Shown here one piece after another: positions 10,389 through 21,039 of a stretch of DNA of 64,000 nucleotides. The notes under the pieces were generated by a model. It ran no database searches. It was not told where the DNA came from and was given only the letters and a program-made list of their open reading frames with translations. A program made the translations under genes and the position numbers. Numbering within the stretch: position 1 is the first letter of the stretch; each line of letters opens with the position of its first letter. The stretch covers positions 64,001-128,000 of the forward strand of contig CM000435.1 in assembly GCA_000165345.1 (NCBI GenBank), in the 5' to 3' direction.

Positions 10389-11765
10389 TTAACATTCAAC
10401 ATCCAAGTGTTTGTCTTTGAGGATGAAACCACTCGGTGGAGGAGCATTACAGGAAGATTTGAGATCACTCAAAATAGCCTCAAGTTGTTTGCATTGACCT
10501 TTAATCGGAAAGGGATTTCCCTCTATTAATGTATATATTTGAGGTAATTTGAATCTCAGAATATAATCAATAATTTTCATGAATTGATTCTTGAATTGAG
10601 AAAAGAAGAAATGAGGAACGATTTGTGTTACAGCTAATACGACAAATACAAATAATCTATGAGGGGAGTTTTTATTTAGTAACTTTACAAGCCATAACCA
10701 TATTTTACCAAAGTTTCCTCTCAGAATATTGATTGATAAGTAAAACCGAACTATTGAATTCAATCTTTTTCCAAAATTTTCTTCAGTTTCATTTTCTTTT
10801 TTATTCAAATCTTCAAGATTACTTGAGTATAATACCCGACACTCTGTAAGCATTAGGCCTTCAAGAAATGCTTCAAATTCATCATTTTCATCCAGAATAT
10901 AAACACAGGAATATGCATAGCTCCAAACTGAGTCAGGGAAAGCAGAGATCTGAGTCCAACATTGATCTATAAATAGGGATGCTGCCATATATAATCCATA
11001 GCTATACATTGGGGATTGAGTGTCAGAGGAAGTAATAGAAGTTGAAGAGGATCTTAGACCAGAAAGTAACTCCTTGATTCTCTTAGAAGAAGATAAAATC
11101 TGTTGATGTGTGGATGATATTTGGTTAATCGAAAGTTGAATAGTCTTCTTTACATTCATCCTCGTAGACTTTATTGAGCTTTCTGTACTTGAAATAATTT
11201 CCTTATATTCACTGGAGTTCTGATAATTACTAATCTTTTCAATGTAGGCTTTTCCTTGTGTTTCAAAATTCGCTTCATTTTTGGGGTAATCTTGACTTAG
11301 ATTAAATTCTTTTCTTTTTGCTTCCTCTTGAGCTTTTTGTCTTTCTTCTTCTTGCTCCTTTTCTTTCTTTAGCCTTAACTCCTCCTGTTCCTTTTTGAGC
11401 CTTAATTCCTCCTGCTCCTTTTCTTTCTTCAGTCTTAGTTCTTCCTGTTCCTTCTTTAGTCTTAATTCTTCTTGTTCTCTCTTTTCTCGTTCTTTTCTTT
11501 CTTTAATCTTTCTTTCCTCCTCTTCTTTCCTCCTCTTATCTTCATTTTCCTTATTAATTCTTTGAATTTCTTCTTCAATTTCTTGAATATGTCTGTTAAT
11601 TATTGGTGAGACAATATCCTCATCTTGTTCTGCTTTCTCAGAATTCCAGTTATGTTCTTTAATTGGAGTTATTTTTTCCTTCAAAACTTTATCATTTCTT
11701 ACATATTTTGATTCCCAGCTAAAAACCAAATAGTTTAAATCTTGACTTAATTTTTCCCCATCCAT
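10389..11765 (-). CDS. Hypothetical protein with coiled-coil charged repeat (EELRLKKE[KE]Q)n and a C-terminal hydrophobic segment
   Basis: 458-aa ORF with ATG at 11763-11765. Central block of tandem EELRLKKEQ/EELRLKKEKEQ units, encoded by imperfect 27/33-nt DNA repeats at about 11340-11490. One predicted TM helix LFVFVVLAVTQIVPHFFF. No recognisable catalytic motifs. Confidence 0.5.
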   Translation of the reverse strand: MDGEKLSQDLNYLVFSWESKYVRNDKVLKEKITPIKEHNWNSEKAEQDEDIVSPIINRHIQEIEEEIQRINKENEDKRRKEEEERKIKERKEREKREQEELRLKKEQEELRLKKEKEQEELRLKKEQEELRLKKEKEQEEERQKAQEEAKRKEFNLSQDYPKNEANFETQGKAYIEKISNYQNSSEYKEIISSTESSIKSTRMNVKKTIQLSINQISSTHQQILSSSKRIKELLSGLRSSSTSITSSDTQSPMYSYGLYMAASLFIDQCWTQISAFPDSVWSYAYSCVYILDENDEFEAFLEGLMLTECRVLYSSNLEDLNKKENETEENFGKRLNSIVRFYLSINILRGNFGKIWLWLVKLLNKNSPHRLFVFVVLAVTQIVPHFFFSQFKNQFMKIIDYILRFKLPQIYTLIEGNPFPIKGQCKQLEAILSDLKSSCNAPPPSGFILKDKHLDVEC

Positions 11766-12754
11766 ATTAAAAAGAATTCTTTGCTACCTTACTCTTAATA
11801 TATACTCTTAAACTTATAAAGTGAATTAATTTTCTTCTTTATTATAATATTAATAGAGTTTCAACCATTCAAAACGCTTTAATAATTTCAAAGAAGAGCT
11901 AAAACCTCAACAGTTTCAAGAATCCACACACATTATCTCAATTATTGCAAATAGATATCTTTTCAGTTTTTGAAATGATGAATATTACTCCTAAAATAAA
12001 TATTATTTCTTAGTTCCCGCCTAAAGTTGATTACACTTAAGTGCATATAAATGAGAAAAACAAATTAGCAAGAAATAGAAAGGGTAATTTCAATAGTAAA
12101 TGTGAGAGAAAGCAGGGGATAAGTTATAATGAGAGTAAAAATAGAAATGGTTTATTCTAAATAGAAAGGTTTAAGAAAAAAGATATTGATTTGGCATTAA
12201 CAGAAAATCCCAATTTTTATGAAAAAAAGTGGAGCTAAGAGAATATTGGCATTTATTTTATTGTTTTTGTCTAATTTTCGCAATAAATGTTAGTTTTGTG
12301 CTATATTATAAGATTAATTAATAATTATTGCTTACAAAAACGTCTAACTCTTATTTGCATGCTTGCATGCACTAATTACCGGCATAAAATAAATTACGTG
12401 GCAAAGAAAATGAAGAAAATGATAAAAATTGCATGCAAAAATAAAAAATTTCTTAACTGGTAAATGTAATGTAAATTTCTGTATTCTTTTAGGAGTCTTC
12501 CCATGACTCTTCCGAACTGAAGCCCTACCTCTTAAAGTTATCCCTAAAATAAACTACAAGGAATCTAATTAATACAGAGACAAATTGATAAATGATTAGC
12601 AATCCGGAGTAAATAAGTGGCCTCTCTAAAACGAAGAATATAAAGATATTATTCAGATTGACAAATGCAAAGAAAACTCTAATATTAAAACAATATTAAT
12701 ATTCTAAAATAAATGTCTAATAGTAGTTCGAATTTCAGGTCTACTGCTCACTGT

Positions 12755-13282
12755 TTACTTTTGGAAAGTAGTTGGTCTGGATGCAGTAAATGTTGAGCGT
12801 AAAGCCTTTGGAGCCATTGGTAACTTTCTGATAGCTGGGAACTTGAGCTTAGAGTTGAAGAACTGAGTAGTCTTTGGTCTCTTTGCAAGCTTAGCATCAA
12901 TTTGAGAAACACGGATAATCTGAATGCTGCTACGTTGAGCACGGTGTGATCCTGCAAGTTCCTCATACATTTGGCTAACAGCTCCAGTCTTGCTAATGTC
13001 TCTGTACTCCTTATACATATATACAACATTTGTACGGCTTCTGTATTGAAGCAAGATTGCAAAGTTCTTTACATATGTTGGTCTCTTCTCGAAAATACGA
13101 GTAACTGAGAGGATCTCACCATTGGCCTTCTTGACCTTATTCAATCTTGACATGAAGTAGAAGAATCTGCTCTTTGCTACAACTTCATTTGGAGCAAAAA
13201 TGCAAACTCTGAAAACTTTTGGATGTGGATTAAGCTCTGTTGGCTTTCCACGTCCAATAACCATATATTGGTTAACTTTCAT
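12755..13282 (-). CDS. RPL18A: 60S ribosomal protein L18a (eL20)
   Basis: MKVNQYMVIGRGKPTE...KVFRVCIFAPNEVVAKSRFFYF...KVKKANGEILSV...YRSRTNVVYMYKEYRD aligns along its length with eL20 (yeast RPL20 MAHFKEYQVIGRRLPTE...). The tracked ORF (12755..13375) extends 31 codons further upstream. By homology the start is the ATG at 13280-13282. Confidence 0.85.
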   Translation of the reverse strand: MKVNQYMVIGRGKPTELNPHPKVFRVCIFAPNEVVAKSRFFYFMSRLNKVKKANGEILSVTRIFEKRPTYVKNFAILLQYRSRTNVVYMYKEYRDISKTGAVSQMYEELAGSHRAQRSSIQIIRVSQIDAKLAKRPKTTQFFNSKLKFPAIRKLPMAPKALRSTFTASRPTTFQK

Positions 13283-14390
13283 TTGTAATGATGGATCTGG
13301 CATTGACTTCATCTTTTTTTTTTTTCTATTCAAACAATATAAATCTAAATAATTGGTTTTAAAATGTTTCTTCAAACCAAAGAACTTCTCTTTATTTACC
13401 TGAGTATTCTGGTAGTTCTGGTCTTGTAATTTCTAGAACTTAATTTTTTTTTTGTATATTCAATATGTATCTTATATACAAAAAAATTTAGACTTAATCT
13501 TGCCAATTATTTCCTTAAATAATACTTTAACACGTCTCAAAAATTTCCTTGTAATTCAATATTTTTAATAATATATTATTAACTTTATAACTTGTTGTTC
13601 ATAAATAATTCTATTGTATTTAATGGTTATTTCTTAACTATTATTTATTATTAAGGACCTTTGTCTCTCAGTCAATTACCGCCCAAAGACATTTGGCGCC
13701 ATGCCTCGAATGTTCATATTTATAATATATAAAAAGGCAACTCTTCAAATAATTAAAGGGATGAAATTACAAGTTTAAATTTCTTTCGTTTTTTCATTTT
13801 ATTCAATTTTTCACTTGATTATTCCTCATTGTTTACTTCTTTTGTGATATTATCTTTTGTTTTGTGCGCTTTATTCATTTTTGAAATGACACTTAATGGT
13901 AGAAGTAAGGTATAAAGAGGTACCATAGACATGAGAAACGTTATTTGTACTCTTATGTTTAGTTGATTAATATTTAGAAATAAATGCGGATTATGTTTGA
14001 TATTGCAACGAGATGAAAGTAAGGGTGGCTTTGATCCGTAATTTGCGCTAATTACTAGAATCGAGAATTACAATGGAGTGAACTTCAGTTAATAGTAAAT
14101 ACATCCGGCTCTACCTCCTATACCTTAGCTAATTAGATTTTTCGTTTAATTCATTTACTACAATACAAAGCTAAGTATTTTACGACCTATACACACAAAA
14201 TTGTTGTAACATTGCAAAAGTTCCTTGTCAATCTAGAAGATTAAATAACGTTCCGTAAAGTCCTTTCCTCTCTACTTCTCTCAAATATATATATGACTTA
14301 ATATAAACATTTCTTTAATAATTAACCTTATTTATTTTTTTTCGAAATTTCAAAAATTATTTAAAATACATGTTTCAAAATTCAATTCAG

Positions 14391-14403
14391 TTTTGGCGCC
14401 AAA
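14391..14403. promoter_or_regulatory. E2F-like motif TTTTGGCGCCAAA upstream of TM9SF (second copy TTTGGCGCCA at 13692-13701 in the same intergenic region)
   Basis: Exact palindromic GGCGCC core with T/A flanks, about 230 nt upstream of the ATG at 14628. Further instances at 32440-32455 (GTTTTGGCGCCAAAAC), 61446-61457 (TTTTGGCGCCAA) and 23764-23775 (imperfect). Confidence 0.6.
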
Positions 14404-14627
14404 CATTTAATATTTAAATTAGCATTAATATTTAAATAGGGATAATAAATAATTAATAATAAGTTAATATATAGATAAATTAATTAATAATATATTAATG
14501 TATATTAATTAAATACATTACATAGAATTATTAATTTAAGCCTCGGAGCAATATAATTAGATACCCCACTAAGCCGTAATTATATGGGGAGAAAAAAAAT
14601 TAGTTAAATTTTCTATTATGTAGGAAG

Positions 14628-16445
14628 ATGAGAAAGGAACTAGAAATGCTATTGAATGAGTGGAAGAAGATAGTCCTTTTGATACTATTTTTAAGTCAGG
14701 TCTTTACGGCTGTACATGGATACAAACATGGAGACATTGTGAGCATAGTTATGAACAGAATATGGAAATATGATGAGAATATTGTGACATCAGAATTTTC
14801 ATTCTACAGCAAAGTCCCACTTTGTCATGATAACCGTAAGATCGGGGAAATGTCCTTTAATGAAATTGTGAGAGGAGATCAATTGAAAATTATAAAGGCA
14901 GTTTTTGGACAAACTGAAAGCAATAAGTCATTTTGTAGTATTAATTTAACAAGTGATCAGCTCTATAGCATTAGGTATCACATAAGAAATAACTACGTTT
15001 TCGAAATTTACGTAGAAGATAAAGCAATAGCAAAGACTCTTGGCTATATTAATGAAAATAACGAGGCAATTCTAATTACTGGCTATGATTTTTTTATAGG
15101 GTACCGAAATAATGAAATTGTATCATTAGATGTAAAGACTAAAAGAGAACATACTATAAATATTGACAAGACTTTAGAGTTAAATAAACCAGGAAAGTTG
15201 CATCTAATTAACATGAGCTATTGTGTGAACTGGGTTGACAAGAGTAATGAACCAGCAGAAAAGGCTGGAAAAAGTATGGTAAAGATTCCAATGATTAGAT
15301 GGCTTGGAGTTTTTAATAGCTCATTTCTTACAATTCTTATTATTATGATGCTTCTGTTAATATTTATGCAGGTTCTTAGATCAGAGTTTTCAAGGTATTT
15401 CCCAATGGGAGATGATGATCTAAATCTTGCATTTGATGATGATCCTATAGAAATGAAAGGATGGAAACTGTTACACGGTGACATATTCAGATCTCCAAAG
15501 TACAGAATGATCTTGTCATCATTTGTTGGTAATGGAATTCAAATTCTATTTGTTGGCCTTATTATTTGTATAACTGACAATATCTCAATGTTCAGAAACC
15601 TTTCTTTTGATCTTGAAACTCTCAAGTTCCTACTTGCTTTGTTCACAATTTCTTCCTATATCTCTGGATTCGTCTCTTCGTATATATACACTTCCATGGG
15701 TGGAAAGAAGTTCAAGTATAATATCTTTCTTACATGTTTTATATACATCTTACCAGTATACTTAATGGTAATTTCTGTCAAGTCACTAACTTTAGGTTCA
15801 GGACCAAACTTTTTTAACATTTACTCCTCAGTTAAGGTATTTGCAATCTATTCAATGATCTCTTTACCTCTTTGTTTTATTGGAGGACTTTTTGGACAAA
15901 GGAGATCCAAAAATTACTTTAAGTTTCCTTGTAAGACTAACCGTCTTCCTAGACAGATTCCAAGACAAAAGTGGTACAATTCTCAAAAGTTCCAGCTTAT
16001 GGTTTCAGGTATTTTACCTTTTTCTGCAGTATATGTGGAGTTACATTATCTATTTATATCATTCTGGAATTACACTCCATTTTACTTCTATAATAACCAA
16101 CATCATAACAATTTCTTATTATTAACAATCAGTACACTCCTACTTATTCTTGTAGGTTCGACTTCTTCGATCATTCTCATTTATATCCAGCTTAACCTCG
16201 AAAACTATAAATGGTGGTGGTTTTCATTCCTTAATGGATTATCTCCATGTGTCTACTTTTTCCTCTTTTCATTGTATTACTTCCTTTCATACTCTAATCA
16301 CATTTATGGATTCATCCAATTCAGGCTTTTCTTAATGTCAAATCTGATTATTGCATATACTCTAACTTTGGCTTTATCATGTATTACTTTCATAACATCT
16401 TACATATTTATTCACTACATTTATAAACATATAAAGTCAGATTAA
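14628..16445 (+). CDS. Transmembrane 9 superfamily protein (nonaspanin/EMP70)
   Basis: 605 aa. N-terminal signal/anchor and luminal domain. Hallmark motif WKLLHGDIFRSPKY before the first of nine C-terminal TM helices. Tyr-rich cytosolic tail. Confidence 0.85.
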   Translation: MRKELEMLLNEWKKIVLLILFLSQVFTAVHGYKHGDIVSIVMNRIWKYDENIVTSEFSFYSKVPLCHDNRKIGEMSFNEIVRGDQLKIIKAVFGQTESNKSFCSINLTSDQLYSIRYHIRNNYVFEIYVEDKAIAKTLGYINENNEAILITGYDFFIGYRNNEIVSLDVKTKREHTINIDKTLELNKPGKLHLINMSYCVNWVDKSNEPAEKAGKSMVKIPMIRWLGVFNSSFLTILIIMMLLLIFMQVLRSEFSRYFPMGDDDLNLAFDDDPIEMKGWKLLHGDIFRSPKYRMILSSFVGNGIQILFVGLIICITDNISMFRNLSFDLETLKFLLALFTISSYISGFVSSYIYTSMGGKKFKYNIFLTCFIYILPVYLMVISVKSLTLGSGPNFFNIYSSVKVFAIYSMISLPLCFIGGLFGQRRSKNYFKFPCKTNRLPRQIPRQKWYNSQKFQLMVSGILPFSAVYVELHYLFISFWNYTPFYFYNNQHHNNFLLLTISTLLLILVGSTSSIILIYIQLNLENYKWWWFSFLNGLSPCVYFFLFSLYYFLSYSNHIYGFIQFRLFLMSNLIIAYTLTLALSCITFITSYIFIHYIYKHIKSD

Positions 16446-16686
16446 TATTGGGATATTGAACAGCACCACATTTACTGACAAGTTCCATTCTATTCAATCC
16501 CATTCCCACATTAAACGTCATTTTGATTGAAAAAATGAAAGGGTGGGATATACTCCGTTATAACTCTCCTTGCTCAATATACAGGAAGAAGACTTATAAT
16601 TAGAACTAACTTAACTAACTTTAGAACTATTCTACACTTAATATATAGCCTTATACTAATTAATACGTAGACTAAGTATTAAACCC

Positions 16687-18885
16687 TTATATTTCTCCTT
16701 GGTCTGTGTATACTATTTTCCCTGGAGGGTCATAATTGAATTTTGGCTCGATTTTCATAAGTTTTTTGAGAATTTCACATGCTCTTTCATCTTCAGGAGA
16801 CATATTCTCCATATTTTTGCGGGGGCTTTGTATCTGGTTCTTTTCATGAACTTGGTTTTTCTCTCCCAAGGTATCTAGATTTCCAGGTTGAGTAACTCCA
16901 TTATAAGGTTCTTCAATTTGATCATTTTGGCTCATCTTAGAAACTTTATTTTCATTATTTTCATCGAAGGCGTTATTTTCTTCTTTGAATTCCAAGTTAA
17001 GGGGGATCTTCTGATCAGTATTGGAGTTAGAAGTTTGCTCGATCTCATTCTTCAAATCTTCCTTTAGGGGTTCTAGAAGCTTTTCATGAGTAATAACTAT
17101 AATATTCTCTCCATTTTCGTGCTCTTGTGGCTTTAAGTGCAATTCCAATGTCGAAGCCTTCTCTTCACCACTTTGGTCGGAACGGACTGCAACATTTCCC
17201 GCCTGGTCATGTGGAAGTGCATGCAATTGCATGCTAAGGCTATCCTCGGATTTTGGTAGAATGGCGGGACAGTGTTCTGAAGGTGATTCGGGCATACAAT
17301 TAGAACCACATGGTTTTTTTCCGGAAATATTTTCAGGGGGGGTTTGTTGCGATGCGGAGAGGAGGGGGTTTTGATGCAAGGAGTTTATTTCAATATCTGG
17401 ATTCTGAGTCTGGTTCTCAACTTGTCTATGTGAGAATTCAGTATAGCTTGGCGAGATTGTTTGAATTTGACACTCCTCATGAGCTTCTTTGTGAGCCAAT
17501 TCTGCTGTTGTAGAAGTCTCTGTAGTTATTTGTACCTGCGTTTGATTTCTGGATTGCGTAGAGCTGGTAGAAAGTACAGTATTATTTTCATCATTTTGGT
17601 CTTCATCAGAATTACTAGAACGTTTGAGGTCTGAAATAATGATAAATGACTCAGATGTATTGTTTACACTAGAGTTAGAAAGATTTTCCGTAAATTCGTG
17701 ATCGTTTTCTGGTATTGTAGCCTCCCTTAAGCATTGAACTGGATTTATTGAAAAATCTGGGATGTTCTGGCGACCTGAATTGATCAAAGCCTGTTCAATA
17801 ATGCCTTGTTTTTCATCAAATGAAGATTCTTCTGACTGCTTAATTCTATAAAGATCAAAAGAGTAATCTTTAACAAGCAAATCTTCTCTAGGAATTTCAT
17901 CTAACTGAGGTTCTAGTTGCTGTTGATCATTGCCTTTGTTATAGCAACTATCTTTATCCTTATCTTCGTCCCCGTGTAAGAAATCTTTCGATATAACTTC
18001 ATGTTCTTCTTTTAAATTAAACTGGATCGTTTCTTTTCCATTATTATTTTGAATGATTACCTCTATATATGTAATGTTTCCATGGTGAGGCTTTGAAAAT
18101 GATACCTCTTTTTCTCTGAGAGGAATATCGTATAATGGACCTGCAGCAATATCACATCCTAGTAAACCCTTGCCTCCCCAGCCCGAATTAGGAGTTATAA
18201 ATATCTCCCTAGTAACTTCAGTCTCGGTGTTATATACAACAAGAGATAAAGGGACTTTATCATTTTTCTTAACAAATACTAAGAAGTCGTCAGTTGAATA
18301 GAATGGTCTCATTAATGTGCTGCTTGCGACTATGTAATCTTCATTTGATATCAGTCCAGCGGCCTGAGCAGGAGATGAATCTTGAATATTCACAACTCGA
18401 ATCCCTTTTGTAGATATTTCTTCCCAATGGACTCCAATACCGAGCCCAGATATTCGCTCATCGTAACTTAAGAATTGGTAAACTCTAAGGGAATTCAAAG
18501 GAGCATCAAATTCAACCATATTAGACTCAATCCCATCAACAAATGCATTCTTTCCTAGCCCATCCTTTTCAGATTCGACTGAGAATCTCCTATTAGGTAT
18601 ATTACCCTCATTATTTTCATTGTGTTTATGTGGATTAAGTATTATAGTTCTTATTCTGGTCGACAAAGAATTGTAGATATTTATTTTTACTTGATGCCTT
18701 CCAATCCCTTTCAATCTTTTCAAAAAAAAGTCATGAGAAGCATCTGAAACCTGAGTTAGAGGAACTCCATCAATCCCTACAATATAATCAAAGCTTCTTT
18801 CCAATTCTAAAAGTCTTCCAAGACTATTTTCTCCGTAATTGCATACGCGAAACCCTCCAAGTTGTTTGGTTTGCGCACCTCCCAT
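16687..18885 (-). CDS. Golgi reassembly stacking protein (GRASP) homolog, N-myristoylated, with long low-complexity C-terminal region
   Basis: 732 aa with ATG at 18883-18885. MGGAQ N-myristoylation start. Tandem GRASP PDZ-like domains (GIDGVPL..., GLGIGVHWEE..., REIFITPNSGWGGKGLLGCDIAAGPLYDIP matches the GRASP55/65 '[26 protein letters not shown]' block). Ser/Pro/Gln/Glu-rich tail. Confidence 0.75.
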   Translation of the reverse strand: MGGAQTKQLGGFRVCNYGENSLGRLLELERSFDYIVGIDGVPLTQVSDASHDFFLKRLKGIGRHQVKINIYNSLSTRIRTIILNPHKHNENNEGNIPNRRFSVESEKDGLGKNAFVDGIESNMVEFDAPLNSLRVYQFLSYDERISGLGIGVHWEEISTKGIRVVNIQDSSPAQAAGLISNEDYIVASSTLMRPFYSTDDFLVFVKKNDKVPLSLVVYNTETEVTREIFITPNSGWGGKGLLGCDIAAGPLYDIPLREKEVSFSKPHHGNITYIEVIIQNNNGKETIQFNLKEEHEVISKDFLHGDEDKDKDSCYNKGNDQQQLEPQLDEIPREDLLVKDYSFDLYRIKQSEESSFDEKQGIIEQALINSGRQNIPDFSINPVQCLREATIPENDHEFTENLSNSSVNNTSESFIIISDLKRSSNSDEDQNDENNTVLSTSSTQSRNQTQVQITTETSTTAELAHKEAHEECQIQTISPSYTEFSHRQVENQTQNPDIEINSLHQNPLLSASQQTPPENISGKKPCGSNCMPESPSEHCPAILPKSEDSLSMQLHALPHDQAGNVAVRSDQSGEEKASTLELHLKPQEHENGENIIVITHEKLLEPLKEDLKNEIEQTSNSNTDQKIPLNLEFKEENNAFDENNENKVSKMSQNDQIEEPYNGVTQPGNLDTLGEKNQVHEKNQIQSPRKNMENMSPEDERACEILKKLMKIEPKFNYDPPGKIVYTDQGEI

Positions 18886-19212
18886 TTATTATGTGAGAAT
18901 ACTGAAGGCTCTCAAATCTGGGAAACACTATAAGTAGATTTAACAATAATGATAATATTAAGAATGAGAAAGGTTCTAAAGATATTTTTTTTCAAGTGGG
19001 GAAAATAGGTGTCAACAAAATCAGTTCCTAAAGGAATATTTCAAAGCCAATACTCTAGGAACAATTTATTTGTCGTAACCTTAATCAGTCTAATCTCTAT
19101 ATTCCTCACCTTTATAACGCACTAAATCACCTCTTTTCTTACAAATCATTATTCCTTAATATAATTATTAGTGAGCACTAAATGGCGGCACAATTCTAGC
19201 GCCACTAACATG

Positions 19213-20337
19213 TTAGATTTTTAATTTCTCAAAATCAATTTTGGGAGCGACTAATTTTGTAATAGAAGCTCTTTTACCTGTGAGAGCATTTCCAAGAGGG
19301 ACTACAACCTCTGCATCCTCAATGAAGTCATTTTTATCAGGGACTAGATTATTTTTCGATATATCAGTGTCCAATAGATTGGAGTTTGGATCATCGGAGT
19401 TGGAAATACCAGAATTAACAATAATTTTGGCGGGATTTTTGTCGAGAGTATTATTATTGGCTTGTTTTCTTCTCTCTTTAATAATTTTGGTGACTTTTTT
19501 ATGGACTTCAATCTCGCGAATACAAACCATCATAGCATCCATGAACTGTGTAGGGAGGTTTTCTATAATTGTAGTTTGCCCCGATTTGTTTCTCCTTGTG
19601 AATATAATTTTAGATCTACCATAGTCCCAATACCCATCCCTAAGGTCTTTTGCAAATATTATTCCTTTCTTTTCTGATTTTTCACCTCTACTAACTTTAA
19701 GGTCACTCTTTGTGTAGTAGGATAGAAATGCAATGGGGTCAGTTCCATCCATGATGAAAAATCTTACTTTATTTGGAGAAATATGTGAATCCCAATTTCC
19801 TACTAGTTTTACAGCAACACAACCTCTTTTTCCTATATCCCAAGCTGTGTGGTAGCCCATTATAATATCTTCTGGTATATACTCTCCTTTGGGAATCCAT
19901 GCTGTGCTTCTAATTTCATTCATCTCTTCTGGACTTAATGCGGCAATTTCTTCTCCTCTTTGAATTTGCTCAATTTCGTCATGCAAAAAATCGGGATTGT
20001 CATCTTCATTTGCTTTATGTCTCATCCTCCTATTTCTTATTCTCTGTCTAAATCTAACATCACCTAAATTAGAATTATCCGTACTACCTTTATTTTGGAA
20101 TATTTTAAGTTTATCTTGAATAATGCTATCAAACTTATTTGAATTTGAGGTTAGAATTGCATTAGGATCTAACTTCATATCATCATCTTCGTCAACAGAA
20201 AAGTCATCATCATCTCCGTAAAAGTCATTCCAATCATAATCTCCACTATAATATCCTTGTACATTTGCTAAAATTTTATTAACAGAGGCAGATTCTGAAG
20301 CATGGGCTGAATTACTATTATCCAAAGTATTCTGCAT
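19213..20337 (-). CDS. Hypothetical protein, acidic N-terminus plus conserved-looking C-terminal globular domain (function unassigned)
   Basis: The tracked ORF 19213..20343 begins at a TTG. The first ATG is at 20335-20337 (MQNTLDNS...). Acidic DDDDFSVDEDDD stretch, then a domain AWIPKGEYIPEDIIMGYHTAWDIGKRGCVAVKLVGNWD...VRFFIMDGTDPIAFL...GYWDYGRSKIIF that I cannot assign confidently (PH/EVH1-like at best). Confidence 0.5.
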   Translation of the reverse strand: MQNTLDNSNSAHASESASVNKILANVQGYYSGDYDWNDFYGDDDDFSVDEDDDMKLDPNAILTSNSNKFDSIIQDKLKIFQNKGSTDNSNLGDVRFRQRIRNRRMRHKANEDDNPDFLHDEIEQIQRGEEIAALSPEEMNEIRSTAWIPKGEYIPEDIIMGYHTAWDIGKRGCVAVKLVGNWDSHISPNKVRFFIMDGTDPIAFLSYYTKSDLKVSRGEKSEKKGIIFAKDLRDGYWDYGRSKIIFTRRNKSGQTTIIENLPTQFMDAMMVCIREIEVHKKVTKIIKERRKQANNNTLDKNPAKIIVNSGISNSDDPNSNLLDTDISKNNLVPDKNDFIEDAEVVVPLGNALTGKRASITKLVAPKIDFEKLKI

Positions 20338-20540
20338 CTTCAAAATATATTCAAATCTCTAAAATCTATAGAGACTTTAATTCTCTTTAAATTCCACTCC
20401 TATATCTTATTTTCTTCAGTTATTTCATTTAGATTCATTATTTTTAATTAGATTGCTTGTAATAGAAATTCCAAAAAATGTGTGCCAGCCCGCCAAAACC
20501 AAACCATTATAAATACAACATAAATAGTATAAACTGCATT

Positions 20541-21039
20541 ATGACAGATTGGGAATCACTTTTACTAGAGAGAGTCAAAAAAAGGGATCAGCCAAGTATC
20601 TCTGACCTTCTAGAGCTTTACGGATCGTGTAAGTAATTTTTTCTTTTAATTTTTAAGCCTTTTAATAACTTACTTCCTTCTTGATTTGGCGTAAATTACA
20701 CTTTTTATTCTCATTTTTTTTTCTCCTCAAATAGATACTGATCTAAGGAAAAGGTTCATCTCAGCTCAACCCTGCAACTCATCAACTCCTCAAAATAGGA
20801 AAACAACTCACACTAAAAATTCTAGTACAAGCACTGAACAAGTCCGTTTCCTACAAGCAAAACTTTCACAACTACAGCAAGAGCTCACCAATTCATATAA
20901 GAATAAACTCAACTTTGATGATTCTATTGGCAAACTCCGTGAGAAAATTGATAAGTTAGAAAGTGAAATTTCAGAAAAAGACAAAACAATTAGCAAACTT
21001 GAGAGAACAATTTCCCACTTGCAGTCTAATAAACTGTAG
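20541..21039 (+). CDS. Small coiled-coil protein, two exons (exon 1 20541..20628, intron 20629..20734, exon 2 20735..21039). Not in ORF track
   Basis: ATG at 20541 gives MTDWESLLLERVKKRDQPSISDLLELYGS. GTAAGT donor at 20629 and poly-T tract plus AATAG acceptor ending at 20734. Phase-1 junction restores frame (T+AT = Tyr). Exon 2 encodes a heptad-rich coiled coil ...VRFLQAKLSQLQQELTNSYKNKLNFDDSIGKLREKIDKLESEISEKDKTISKLERTISHLQSNKL with stop at 21037-21039. The spliced product is about 130 aa. Confidence 0.45.

Noticed and set aside
12721-12753. tRNA-like T-loop word AGTTCGAAT near 12736
   Set aside because: No acceptor, D or anticodon stems can be formed around it. It lies in the 3' UTR region of RPL18A.
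13900-14110. Possible snRNA (U4-like TTGCGCTAATT...) in the long RPL18A-TM9SF spacer
   Set aside because: Only a short, weak resemblance. No Sm site or conserved stem-loops identifiable by eye. Would need a covariance-model scan.
20541-20628. ATG16 identity for the small coiled-coil protein
   Set aside because: The similarity is limited to a short W...L..R(K)RD helix plus generic coiled coil. Insufficient for a call.
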